A stretch of DNA of 64,000 nucleotides from Candidatus Multivorans sp. (lineage in GTDB: Bacteria > Acidobacteriota > Thermoanaerobaculia > Multivoradales > Multivoraceae): NCBI GenBank assembly GCA_965224025.1, contig OZ245033.1, forward strand, positions 4,864,001-4,928,000. Direction: 5' to 3'. This document shows positions 37,335 through 47,826 of this stretch, piece by piece; the first letter of the stretch is position 1; the number at the start of each line of letters is the position of its first letter. A program made the translations under genes and the position numbers. The notes beneath the pieces were generated by a model, which ran no database searches, had not been told where the DNA came from, and worked only from the letters and a program-made list of their open reading frames with translations.

Positions 37335-38282
37335 CTACTCCAGTGTGGCGGCGCAACGGAAGCCCATGTGTCCGGTCGCGCTGTCGGGCGTGTTGTGGGT
37401 ACGAGCCGAAACCCGGTAGCGGTTGCAGTAGGAAGCATGACACAGGTGGGATCCGCCCCGAATGACACGGGCGACACCGGTTTCGGGCCCTTTCGGATCG
37501 CGGGCGCCGGCGGCCGGCAGGCGGGGCCCAAACCAGTCCGTACACCACTCCCAGACGTTGCCGATCATGTTGTAGAGACCGAAACGATTCGGCGGAAAGG
37601 CGTCGACCGGGCAGGTGCCCCGGTAGCCGTCTTCCCCCTCGTCCCGGCGCGGAAAGTCGCCCTGCCACACGTTGCAACGGTGCTCACCCTCCGGTTCGAG
37701 CTCGTCGCCCCAGGGAAAGTCACTCCCCTCCACGCCGCCGCGAGCCGCGCACTCCCACTCGGCTTCCGTCGGCAAGCGGCAGCCAGCCCAGGAATTGTAG
37801 GCGACGGCGTCGTTGTGCGACACATGCAACACGGGGTGATCCAGTCGCCGCACGATCGACGAACCGGGTCCTTCCGGCCGCCGCCAGTCCGCGTAGTCGA
37901 TCCGGCACCACCACGGAGCCGCCGGCAACCGCTCCACGATGCCGTGACGTCGCAGCCTGCGCGAGAGCCAGCCCTCGAAGACGAAGGACCAACCCAGACG
38001 CTCACTGTCGGTGCGGTAGCCCGTCGTCTCGACGAAGTCGGCGAAGTCGCGATTCGAGACGGCGAACACGTCGATCGCGAACGCGCCGACTTCGACTTCG
38101 CGCGACGGTCGCTCGCCGTCGCCGGGCACTGCCTGACGCGAGTCCGTACCCATCCGAAAGCGGCCGCCGTCGAGTCGCACCATCTTCCGCCCTTGTACGG
38201 GAGCAAGACCCGCGGCCATTGGACCGCGGTTCTCTCGAGCTGGCAAGGTGCCGCCGCGAGGCGGCGAACAGCAAGAGTCCAT
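37335..38282 (-). CDS. Formylglycine-generating enzyme (SUMF1/FGE)
   Basis: HPVLHVS, RLPTEAEWE, NMIGNVWEWC, RGGSHLCHASYCNRYRVSAR, GHMGFRC. Confidence 0.92.
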   Translation of the reverse strand: MDSCCSPPRGGTLPARENRGPMAAGLAPVQGRKMVRLDGGRFRMGTDSRQAVPGDGERPSREVEVGAFAIDVFAVSNRDFADFVETTGYRTDSERLGWSFVFEGWLSRRLRRHGIVERLPAAPWWCRIDYADWRRPEGPGSSIVRRLDHPVLHVSHNDAVAYNSWAGCRLPTEAEWECAARGGVEGSDFPWGDELEPEGEHRCNVWQGDFPRRDEGEDGYRGTCPVDAFPPNRFGLYNMIGNVWEWCTDWFGPRLPAAGARDPKGPETGVARVIRGGSHLCHASYCNRYRVSARTHNTPDSATGHMGFRCAATLE

Positions 38283-38368
38283 CGAGTGCCGCAGCCTATC
38301 CCGAACGGGCCAAACTTCCAACCCTGTTTGCGGACCCAAGAGCACCGACGGCGGATACCTCGGCCAAG

Positions 38369-38762
38369 CTACTGCACACGACGGACGTAGCCCTTGCCAG
38401 CTCCCCAGAGCGCGATGCAGCCCAACCACGACATCATCGCGCCAAGCGCATACGCACCCCGATAGCCACCCACCAGATCATGGGCCCAGCCCAGCAGGAG
38501 CGGACCAAGCGCCACCCCCACCGACGCGCACAAGGTACTCACCGAATAGATCCGCGCGTAGCTTCGAGACCGCCAGACCGGCGAACCCGCTGCTCGCGAA
38601 GAAGACGGTCGAGGCTAGCGACGCCGCCGAGACCGAGAATCCGCGCTCGCGCGTGAGAGCCTCGAGCAGCACCGACTGGTTGTAGAAGCCAAGCCCCGAC
38701 GAGAACATCATCATGACGAACAACGCACCGACGATCTGCCAGCGAGTGGAGATGCGCGCCAT
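38369..38762 (-). pseudogene. MFS transporter with large internal deletion
   Basis: N-terminus (MARISTRWQIV...FAGLAV) joined near 38563 to an out-of-frame MFS C-terminus (YARIYSVSTLCASVGVALGPLLLGWAHDLVGGYRGAY...VQ*). Confidence 0.8.
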
Positions 38763-41329
38763 CAGGAGCCTTCCCGCAGCGAGTCGATCGGCGGCCTGCG
38801 CAGCGCGCCGGCACTAGCCAGGAGCCCCGTTCCGAGCGCGAGCAGGCTGCCCGCCGAGAGCGCCCCCAACACCGCCAGGGGGCGGAAGGACCACGCGAGT
38901 TCGAGTTCGCGAGTAACTAGCCACCACGACGCCGACAAGCCGAGCACAGCCGCCACAACCGCCGCGGACAGACCGATCAGTGCGTACTCGGCCGCGAAGG
39001 CGCGCAGCACGTCGAAGCGGGTCGAGCCGATCGTCTTGAGCAGCGCCGCCTCCCGGCCACGTAGCTGTGAGCCCGCCGCGACCGCGCCGGCCAGCGTCAG
39101 CAGGGCAGCCGCCACGGTGAAGCTGCCGAGCACCCGAACGCCGACCTGCAGGTCCCCGATCAGGTCGATCACCTTCTGCAGCACCTCCCGAATCCGGACC
39201 ACGGCGACGCCGGGATGGGCCCTGTAGACCGCGTCCTGGATCCCCTGTTCCATTTCGTCCGGCAACCAGGCGGCCGCCAGACGGGTCTGCGGCGCCCAGT
39301 CCACGGCCGCAGGTTCGACCACGAGGAAGAAGTTGATCCCGAAACCCTCCCAGTCCACCCGCCTGAGACTGGTCACCGTGATCGTGGCTTCCCGGTTCCC
39401 CACGTCCAGAGCGATCGTGGAGCCGACGCCCACCCCGATCGTCTCCGCGAAGTCCTGCTCGACGCTGACCTCAAGGGCCGCCGGATCAACCCAGGGCTCC
39501 GCCAACGTCGCCGGCCCGACGGATTCGACGATCGCGTTGTCTGACGGCAGTTCATCCAGGTAGGTCAAGCGCAACTGGCGCCTCAATGCCCAGCGATTCC
39601 CCTCGTGGGTCCGCTCAGCCACCGGAACGCCGTCTATCGTCGTAAACCGCGCCATGACCACCGGCGCTGACTGCACCCTTTCGGCGCCCTCGCGCTCGAG
39701 AAGCTCGGCGAGTTCCTCCCAGCCCGCTTGTGGCACGTTGAGCAGGAAGGCGCTCGGCGCGTTGTCCGGAAGTCCCGCGGCCAGTTCGTCGTGAAGGTGT
39801 CCCTGGACCACGAACATCGCGAGCAGCACCATCAGACCTATCCCCAGAGCCACCGAGGCGGCCAGCGTGCCTGATTCGGGCCGCGCCAGTGCCGCGACCC
39901 CGTACCGGAGCCAGGAGGAGCGACACCCCGGGGCCAGGAACCGGGCCAGCGAACGCAGCGCTAGCGCGGCAAGGACCAGGGCGGCAACCGCGCCCCCCAC
40001 CGCGCCCAGGAACCGGAGCGCGAGCCACAGCGACCCGGCCTGGAGCGCGGCCGAACCGGCGACGCCGGCGGCGACCGCGAACAGCGACAGCCCGCTCGCG
40101 AGCCATGAACCCGGCAGCGGCTCGGCGCCACGACGAAAGACCCGCACCGGCGGCGCCCGCAGCACGACCAGCAGCGCCGGCGCGGAGAACGCGGTCGATA
40201 CCCCGATGCCCAGCGCCACTCCACGAAGAAAGGCCCACGGCTGCCAGATCGAAACCGCTTCCACCGGCAGCGCGCCGCCAAGGATCGCCGGCACGAGGAG
40301 CATCGAGAGCAGGCCGACGGCGCCGCCGATCACCCCGGCCACCAGACCCAGCAACACCGCCTGAACGAGGTACGTGCGCAGGAGATCGCGAGGGCGGGCT
40401 CCGAGGCACTTGAGAACGGCGAGCGCATCGAGGCGCTGCGTGAGCCAAGCGCGAATTCCCTGCGCCACGCCGACACCGCCGACCAGCAGCGACAGCAGCG
40501 CGACCAACCCCAGATAGCGCGAAAGCCGCTCCAGGTCTTCGCGGATGCCGGGCTGCGCATCGGCGTACGTCTCGACCCGCACCGCCGCAGCGTTCTCGAT
40601 CTCGCCACGGAACGCCTCCGCCTGAAGCTCCAGTTCCTCCAGGGAACCCTCACCCGGCAAACGCACCAACACCCGGTAGCCGCCGAAGCCGGCAAACGGG
40701 AAGATCCCCGCGGCCTCCTGCGCCGCCACGCCTACGAGGACTCGCGGCCCGAACGCGAAGCCCGTCGGCAGCCGGTCGGGCTCCCCTTCCAGCACGCCGG
40801 CGATCCGGAGCGTCCGCCTTCCGAGGCGAAGCTCGTCGCCGATCTCGAGTCCCAGACGGGAAAGGGCTTCCGGCGAAACCAGCGCCGAGTCGTCGCCGAG
40901 CACGTCGGCCGGGCTCTTCCCCGCCGGGAGCGGCGGCCGGACTTGCAACTCGCCATAGAACGGATAGCCGCCCGAAATCGCCTTCAACTCGACCAACAGG
41001 CTCGACGGGCCTCCTTCGCCCGCCTCGAAGGCCTTCGTCCGGCCCACCATCGCAGCCAGTTCGCGAACCTCCGCGATGGCGGCCCCCGGCACGGAGCCGA
41101 CCGCCTCGAGAACCCGCTCCGGGATCGGAGCCCGCGACCGAAACGCCAGATCAGCGGCCAGGAGCTTCCTGGCTTCTCCGCGAATCGCCCCGTCGACGCT
41201 CGAAGCCAGCCCCGCGACCGAAACCACGGCGCCGACCCCGACCGAGAGGCACGGCACCCAGACCAGGACCCGGCCCAGTGAACCGCGGAACTCCCGCAGC
41301 GAGTACCGGAATGTCACGCCCGGGCCCAC
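38762..41329 (-). CDS. ABC transporter permease, YbbP/FtsX-like
   Basis: LLAADL, LKAISGGYPFYG, LVGGVGVA, AVLKCLGA, APSAFL, LRRVDWEGFGINFF, ALLKTIG. Confidence 0.9.
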   Translation of the reverse strand: MGPGVTFRYSLREFRGSLGRVLVWVPCLSVGVGAVVSVAGLASSVDGAIRGEARKLLAADLAFRSRAPIPERVLEAVGSVPGAAIAEVRELAAMVGRTKAFEAGEGGPSSLLVELKAISGGYPFYGELQVRPPLPAGKSPADVLGDDSALVSPEALSRLGLEIGDELRLGRRTLRIAGVLEGEPDRLPTGFAFGPRVLVGVAAQEAAGIFPFAGFGGYRVLVRLPGEGSLEELELQAEAFRGEIENAAAVRVETYADAQPGIREDLERLSRYLGLVALLSLLVGGVGVAQGIRAWLTQRLDALAVLKCLGARPRDLLRTYLVQAVLLGLVAGVIGGAVGLLSMLLVPAILGGALPVEAVSIWQPWAFLRGVALGIGVSTAFSAPALLVVLRAPPVRVFRRGAEPLPGSWLASGLSLFAVAAGVAGSAALQAGSLWLALRFLGAVGGAVAALVLAALALRSLARFLAPGCRSSWLRYGVAALARPESGTLAASVALGIGLMVLLAMFVVQGHLHDELAAGLPDNAPSAFLLNVPQAGWEELAELLEREGAERVQSAPVVMARFTTIDGVPVAERTHEGNRWALRRQLRLTYLDELPSDNAIVESVGPATLAEPWVDPAALEVSVEQDFAETIGVGVGSTIALDVGNREATITVTSLRRVDWEGFGINFFLVVEPAAVDWAPQTRLAAAWLPDEMEQGIQDAVYRAHPGVAVVRIREVLQKVIDLIGDLQVGVRVLGSFTVAAALLTLAGAVAAGSQLRGREAALLKTIGSTRFDVLRAFAAEYALIGLSAAVVAAVLGLSASWWLVTRELELAWSFRPLAVLGALSAGSLLALGTGLLASAGALRRPPIDSLREGS

Positions 41330-41330
41330 G

Positions 41331-42110
41331 TCAGCGTCCTTCCGTAAAGCGCCCGTCCACCATGACCAGCTCACGATCGGCGCGAGCGGCAACCGCCGGG
41401 TCGTGGGTGACGAGCACCAGGGTCGAGCCGAAGCGATCCCGGAGAGCCATCATAACGTCCAGAACCGCGGCCCCCGTGGCCGAGTCCAGGTTGCCGGTGG
41501 GCTCGTCCCCAAGCAGGATCAGCGGCTCGGCGGCGAAGGCCCTGGCCAGGGCGACCCGCTGCTGCTCTCCGCCCGAGAGCTGAGACGGATAGTGGTGACC
41601 GCGCTCCGCAAGCCCGACATCAGCCAGCAGAGCCTCGGCACGCTGCCGCGAGCGACGGCGCCCGAGCAGGTCGAGCGGAAACTGGACGTTCTCCCGCGCA
41701 GTCAGATTGCCGAGCAACTGGAAGGACTGGAAGACGAAGCCGATCTTCTCGCGCCGCAGCAGCGCCAGTTCGTCCTCACTCAGACCCTCGATCGGCCGGC
41801 CGTCGATCAGCACACTGCCCGCGGTCGGGCGGTCGAGGCCGGCGAGCAGAGCCAGCAACGTCGATTTACCCGCCCCTGACGGGCCCCGGATCGACACGCA
41901 CTCGCCCGCCGCCACCTGCAGGTCGATGTCGTTTACGACGACCAGAGTGCGCTCCCCGGAGCGCAACTCGCGCCGCAGTCCGCGGGCCTCGATCCGCGGA
42001 GGAGTTCCAGGCGGTGCGCCGACGGAAGGTGAAGCGCTTCCCCGGCTCAGAAGATCCCCATCATCGCGCGCCACTGTTCCAGGCTGTTCGGTCGGAGGTA
42101 GGCGTTCCAC
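41331..42110 (-). CDS. ABC transporter ATP-binding protein, YbbA/LolD-like
   Basis: GPSGAGKST, GFVFQSFQL, LSGGEQQRV, DEPTGNLD, VTHD. True start probably near 42050. Confidence 0.92.
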   Translation of the reverse strand: MERLPPTEQPGTVARDDGDLLSRGSASPSVGAPPGTPPRIEARGLRRELRSGERTLVVVNDIDLQVAAGECVSIRGPSGAGKSTLLALLAGLDRPTAGSVLIDGRPIEGLSEDELALLRREKIGFVFQSFQLLGNLTARENVQFPLDLLGRRRSRQRAEALLADVGLAERGHHYPSQLSGGEQQRVALARAFAAEPLILLGDEPTGNLDSATGAAVLDVMMALRDRFGSTLVLVTHDPAVAARADRELVMVDGRFTEGR

Positions 42111-42775
42111 TGCAGTTCGCGGCCGATCGTCGAGAACGACTCCGGGCCGTAGTCATGCCCCGGGTAGATTCCCACCCCCGGAGGCACCGCCTTCAACCGC
42201 TCCAGCGAGTGGAACATCGCGTCGATGTCGCTATGCGGCAGATCGACCCGGCCGATGTCCTGCACAAACAGGGTGTCGGCCGTCAGCATGTGGTCGCCGG
42301 CACGGAAACAGCAGCTTCCCGGCGAATGCCCGGGAGTGTGCAGCACCTCGACCCGCAGATCGCCGAGTTCGAGGACGTCGCCGTCGCGGAACGCCTCGAC
42401 CCGGTTAAGCGCGCAACCCGCGATTTCGGCGCCCCGTTCGGCCTCGGCCTCGTGGATCAGCATCGGCAGATCGAACTCGGCGCGCAGCTCCCGCACGCCG
42501 GGAATGTGCTGGCCCATGATCTCCCCGCCGATGTGATCCTGGTGGAAATGCGTCGCCAGCACGCCCGTCACCTCGTAGCCATGCTCCTCGGCGATCCTGA
42601 CGACACCGAGCGGCTCCCAGGCCGGGTCCACGACCCAGGCCTTCCGGCTGGCGGAGTCCGCCAGCACGTAGACGAAGTTGGCCATCGGGCCGACCTGGAT
42701 CTGGACCAGGCGAGGTTCGACGACCGCCGCCGGTTCGGCGGCGCCGGCGGCGGCAAGCGGCGGAGAATCGGTCAT
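42047..42775 (-). CDS. MBL-fold hydrolase (glyoxalase II-like)
   Basis: NFVY, THFHQDHIGG, HTPGHSPGS, ADTLF, YPGHDYG. Confidence 0.9.
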   Translation of the reverse strand: MTDSPPLAAAGAAEPAAVVEPRLVQIQVGPMANFVYVLADSASRKAWVVDPAWEPLGVVRIAEEHGYEVTGVLATHFHQDHIGGEIMGQHIPGVRELRAEFDLPMLIHEAEAERGAEIAGCALNRVEAFRDGDVLELGDLRVEVLHTPGHSPGSCCFRAGDHMLTADTLFVQDIGRVDLPHSDIDAMFHSLERLKAVPPGVGIYPGHDYGPESFSTIGRELQWNAYLRPNSLEQWRAMMGIF

Positions 42776-42856
42776 CGTCAGCGGAATCTACCCCGGCCCG
42801 GACCGGGTCGCCGAATCCGAACGGACCACCCTCCTGGGACTGTTAGCCTTCCCACC

Positions 42857-43624
42857 ATGACCGTCGGCAATGCCCACCGCATCTTCGACCTCTCCGGCCG
42901 CACCGCGCTCGTCACCGGCGGCAGCCGCGGCCTGGGCCGCGAGATGTCGCTCGCGTTCGCCGCCGCCGGCGCCGATGTCGTCGTCACCAGTCGGAAGATC
43001 GAGTCCTGCCGCGAGGTGGTGACGGAGATCGAGGCGATGGGCCGACAAGGGCTCGCCCACGCTTGCCATGTCGGCCACTGGGACGAGGTCGACCGGTTGA
43101 TCGACGCGGCCTACGAACGGTTCGGCAAGGTCGACGTGCTGGTCAACAACGCCGGCATGTCGCCGCTCTATCCGAGCCTGTCCGAGGTCAGCGAGGCGCT
43201 GTTCGACAAGGTGATCGGAGTGAACCTGAAGGGACCGTTCCGGCTTGCGGCCGTGATCGGCCGGCGCATGGCCGACGGCGACGGCGGCAGCATCATCAAC
43301 GTGACCAGCACCGCCGCGATCCACCCCAGCGCCAACGCTGAACCCTACGGCGCGGCCAAGGCCGGCCTGAACTCGCTGACCGAATCGCTCGCTCACGCCT
43401 ACGGCCCCAAGGTGCGCGTCAACGCGATCATGCCCGGCCCCTTCCTGACCGACATCTCGAAGGCCTGGGACCTGGAGGCGTTCAACGAGCGGGCGCGGAC
43501 ATCGAGCGCGCTTCGCCGGGGCGGCGAACCGGACGAGATCGTCGGCGCCGCGCTCTACCTGGCCTCAGACGCCTCCAGCTACACCACCAGCGCCGTGCTG
43601 CGCATCGACGGCGGCAGCCGGTAA
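42857..43624 (+). CDS. SDR family oxidoreductase
   Basis: TGGSRGLG, NNAG, YGAAK, VRVNAIMPG. Confidence 0.92.
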   Translation: MTVGNAHRIFDLSGRTALVTGGSRGLGREMSLAFAAAGADVVVTSRKIESCREVVTEIEAMGRQGLAHACHVGHWDEVDRLIDAAYERFGKVDVLVNNAGMSPLYPSLSEVSEALFDKVIGVNLKGPFRLAAVIGRRMADGDGGSIINVTSTAAIHPSANAEPYGAAKAGLNSLTESLAHAYGPKVRVNAIMPGPFLTDISKAWDLEAFNERARTSSALRRGGEPDEIVGAALYLASDASSYTTSAVLRIDGGSR

Positions 43625-43722
43625 GGAAAGCCGCGCTCTCCGTTCTCGCGGCTCCGGGCCTGGGCGCGCTCCCTGGAACTCGTGCTCAACGGCCAGCCGC
43701 TGACACAACTGCGGTACGGGGC

Positions 43723-43977
43723 TCAGTGAGCGGCAAGGCAGTTTCCTCGCGCCGGAAGGTCCGGTTCCACCTCCGGAGTCGCCGTCAGCAGTCCATGACC
43801 TTCGAGAATGGCGCGAGCCTGTCCATCCCGCTCCTCCGCCCAGTAGCCGAACACCGCATCAAGCACCTCCGGCGCAAGCTCATCGATTCGCTCTTCCAGC
43901 AAGCGCTGCTGATCGAGGACGGCGACTCCTTCCTCAAGCGTTTCGGATCTCTCCTGCTGAGCCGCACCCGGAGACAA
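43723..43977 (-). other. Short hypothetical ORF or gene fragment
   Basis: Helical-looking 84-aa ORF next to a lower-GC stretch; no recognisable motif. Confidence 0.3.
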
Positions 43978-44109
43978 CCCGTAAAACGGAAGCGCCCACG
44001 ATCATAAGACCAACGCTACAAGAATACTTCAGCACCACCGCATCCACCTTTCTATTGGCATGACATCGAGTCTTCCGTCACCGAGCAACTGAACTCCCCG
44101 TGTGTGTCA

Positions 44110-44472
44110 TCATTGCCGAGCAAACATGCGAAAAAGCCCTCCGGCTCGTCCTGGAGAGAAGCTTGCCTTCGTCGATGACGGTCGGTTCGAACCCCACCTC
44201 CTGTTGTCCCGGGGACCCTCCGAACCCAGCTTGTAGCCCCCGCTCGCCGTCCATGTCGAGGTGCCCGTGTTCCGCATCGTCACGCTCACCCGCGCCGTCT
44301 ACCCGACCGTCATCGACGAAGGCACGCCCGTGTACGACACGAAAGAAGCGCCGTCGGCGGCAAAGGCGCCGCCAGCCAGAATCAGCGGCAGCGTGACCAG
44401 CAGGACGACTTGCGAACACATCCGACAGCGTCGGGGAAACGACTGGAAGTCACCAAGCACTGGGTAGGTCAT
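44110..44472 (-). pseudogene. Secreted NBR1-Ig-like domain protein remnant
   Basis: Signal-like VVLLVTLPLILAGGAFA, then VPSSMTVG*TARVSVTMRNTGTSTWTASGGYKLGSEGPRDNRRWG with in-frame TAG at 44299-44301; truncated afterwards. Confidence 0.7.
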
Positions 44473-44517
44473 GAGGATCCTCTCGCGCTTGTAGCGTTCT
44501 GTCTCCGACACGCTATC

Positions 44518-47036
44518 ATGCTCTGCCGAAGGCGAAGTCCTCGCGGAGGCGACGCCGGATCCGATCGACCCCATCGCCGCCTCGACGTGTCTGGAACTAC
44601 AGAATTGAGGAAGGACCGGCCGAACCTCCCGCCACCGGGCGGAGGGCTGCCCTGGCAAAGCGACGGTCCGCTCGCCGAGCTCGGCTGCGGCCTGCTCGCG
44701 ATCGGCGGTTTGAGCAGTCTCGCGATAGCTCAACCCGTGTACGACCTGTTGCGGCGAACACCCGAGTTCTTCGCCATCAGGCAGCTCTCGATGACCGATG
44801 TCCTGGCCCTGGTCGCGTTGTTCCTGATCGGCCCTGCGTTGGCGCTCTCCGTGCCGGCCTTGGCGGCGCGGTTTTGCCGCCCGGCCTGGATCCGACCGGC
44901 GGTGGCGGGTCCGGCCGGCTTGCTGGCCGGCGCCATCGTGCTGCAGGCCGCGAGCGGTCTGCCCGCGGCCGTAGCCGCCACCCTTTCCGCCGCTGCCTGC
45001 GTCGGAGTGGTCTGGGCATACCTCCGTCTTCCCGCGATCCGTCTCCTCGCTTCGGTGCTGGCGATCACCGCGATCGTGGCGCCGGCGATCCTGGTACTCG
45101 ACGGCGACGTGCGGCGAAGCCTCTCAAGGTCGAGCAGCAGGCTACCGACCCACGCCACCGGCGCGCAAGCCCCTGTCGTGCTGGTCGTCTTCGACGAGTG
45201 GTCGGTGATCTCGCTCCTCGACGGCGAAGGCGGCATCGACCGGCAGCGGCTCCCCAACCTCGCGCGACTGGCGGACCGCGCCACCTGGTATCCCAACGCC
45301 ACCGCCGCTTCCAACATGACGTCCCGCGCCGTACCGGCGATCCTGACCGGCTTGAGGCCCGAACACGAGCAGCTTCCGATTGCCGATGACCATCCGATCA
45401 ACCTCTTTACGCTGCTGGCCCCCAGCCACGACCTGTTCGCCATGGAGCCGGTCACCTCCCTGTGCCCGCTTCAACTGAACCGGTTCGAGCAGCAGCGCCA
45501 CTCCTTCGCCCGTCGATTCGGTCTGCTGGTCTCCGATCTCCGCTTCGTGTGGCTGAGCCTGACCTTGCCGGAGCCATGGGCGGGGCGGCTTCCGCCTCTC
45601 GACCGGACCTGGAGCGGGTTTGGCCTCAGCGGGCCGCGGACCGCACTACCAGCAAGCGAGCGGCAACTGGCACGAAGTCACCCCCATCGCCGGAACGATG
45701 AACGGGCCGCCGACTTCCGCCGGTTCCTCGACTCGATCGAACCGCCCGGAGCACGCCCGGGCTTGTACTTCGCGCACGTGCTGCTCCCCCACGGTCCCTG
45801 GGAGTATCTGCCGTCCGGCCGGAGGTACCGACGCAGCAGGTCCTACGGTCTCAAGGACGGAATCTGGACGACCGACCCCTGGACCGTCAGAAACGCCGAG
45901 AAGCGCTACCTGCTGCAAGTTCAGTTCGTGGACCGGCTGATCGGCGAACTCATGGCGACTCTCGAGTCGCTGGACCTGTTTGAACACAGCCTGATCGCGA
46001 TCACCGCGGACCACGGCGCTTCGTTCCAGCCGGGCAAATCGCTTCGGCTGCCAAGCCCGGACCCCTCCGGCGATCAGCTCCTGGACCTGGTCAGCGTGCC
46101 ACTGATCATCAAGGCGCCCCTTCAGGACCAGGCCAAGATCGACGACAGCGAGTTTTCCCTGGTGAACCTGATGCCGCGAATACTGGAGCTCGCCGGAGCC
46201 GAGCCCGACACCGTCACGCGCCGCCCCCCGACCAGAACCGAACCGCTGTTGTTCGGCGAGCATGCGGCCGGCCTCGAGACTCCAGCCGACCGCAGCCGCT
46301 GGCGCCGCGCGCGGGTCGCGGCGCAGACCGCGCTGCTCGGTGAAGCGAACGACCCGGCGGCGATCGGGACGCTGCCCGACCTGCACGGCCAACCCATCGC
46401 AGGGTTGCCACTGCGCAACGGCGAAGTCCGCGCTCGTTTCGATCAGCCTCGCGCCTGGGATGACGTCGATAAGGACGGGACGTTCGTGCCCGCTATCGTC
46501 GAGGCCACCCTCATCGCGCCGCAAGAACAAACCAAGCGATCGATCGTCGTGGCCATCAATGGAGTCGTTGCGGATTCGGTACGTCCCTATACCGATGCGA
46601 GCGGGCGAAGCCGAATCTCGGCCCTGCTGCCCGACGACCTGCTCGGCCCGGGCCGCAACCAGGTTGATCTCTTCATGGTTTCCGACCGAGACGGCGTTCT
46701 GGAACTCGAGCGCCTCACGCCGCCAGACGTCCTTGCCTATGAAGTCGACCCCAGCTACTCGTGGGAGCCCCAGCGCAATAGCGCAGGCCTGATCAGAGGT
46801 CTGCTCCGTCGCCCGCTCGACAGGCCCGGCCAACCTCCCGAGAGCTTCCGGGTCATAGCGAATTCCGCCAAGCTGTTCGGACACCTGGATGGGACCGTGC
46901 TCGAGCAGCAGTCCGCGGCAGGCGGACCCCGGACCTTCCGTCCGTGTTCGCCCGGCGCCACCGGGTCTTCGCGGTGATGGATCGTGGCGAGGCCGTCGAA
47001 CTGCCCATCCTGTCGGTGCCTGACGACGATCGTTGA
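44518..47036 (+). pseudogene. Membrane-anchored sulfatase-like (alkaline phosphatase superfamily) protein with frameshifted C-terminus
   Basis: N-terminal TM helices, VVLVVFDE, LPNLARLA, VPAILTG, HVLLPHGPW, TADHG, VPLIIK. The ORF ends at 46977, but a plausible tail (RVFAVMDRGEAVELPILSVPDDDR*) lies in another frame to 47036. May still be expressed. Confidence 0.65.
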
Positions 47037-47076
47037 GCGCAATGGGCCGCTGCTCTCCGAGCCGACAACGAGGAAC

Positions 47077-47826
47077 TCAGTCCGGCCCGCACACGTCGAT
47101 GACCAGTTCCGTCGTCGGCGAGCCCAACTGAGCGAACCAGGCGACACACTCGGCGACCATGTCGAGTTCAACGATGTGGCGACCGGGGGAGGACGGCGCC
47201 GTGAGTTCGAGGGTGATCCGCTCGGTCATCCCAGTGCGGATCGGACCGGGGCAGATGCAGTTGACGGTGATGCCCTCCTTGCCGAGTTCCACCGCCAGGC
47301 CTCGGGTCAGCCCGATGACCCCCGTCTTCGCCGCCGAGTAGGCGCTGTTCAGTGGCGTCGCGCCCAGCCCTTCGGTCGAGGCGATGTTCACGATCCGCGG
47401 CGAACTCGACTTGCGCAGGTACCGCAGCGCCGCGCGAATCGTCCGCTGGTGGGCGGTCAACAGCACGTTCACCGTCTCCTGCCAGCGCTGCTCGTATTCG
47501 TCCGCGTCGATCGGCCCGCCGCGTGAGATGCCGGCGTTGTTCACCAGGATATCCAGGCCGCCGTAGCGCACCGCCACCTCGTCGACCACCCGCCGGATCG
47601 CCTCGGCGTCGCCGACGTCGAGCGTCCAGGCGGCGGCTTCCCGGCCGGCGGCCTCGATCTCGGCCACCGTTTCCCGGACGCCCTCACCGTTGATGTCCGT
47701 GGCGGCGACATTGGCGCCTTCGGCGGCGAACAGCTTCGCCGTCGCCCGGCCCATGCCCGAGGCGCAACCCGTGATCAGCGCGGTCTTGCCGGCCACCGAC
47801 CGGCTCAGCGTGCTCAGTTCCGTCAT
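47077..47826 (-). pseudogene. SDR oxidoreductase truncated and fused in frame to an unrelated Ig-like C-terminal fragment
   Basis: TGCASGMG, NNAG, YSAAK, ICPGPIRTGMT, then a switch near 47215 to LELTAPSSPGRHIVELDMVAECVAWFAQLGSPT. The normal SDR tail is absent. Confidence 0.75.

Noticed and set aside
44299-44301. In-frame TAG as pyrrolysine or recoding
   Set aside because: The gene is also truncated downstream, no pyl genes are visible, and TAG is used as a normal stop throughout the window.
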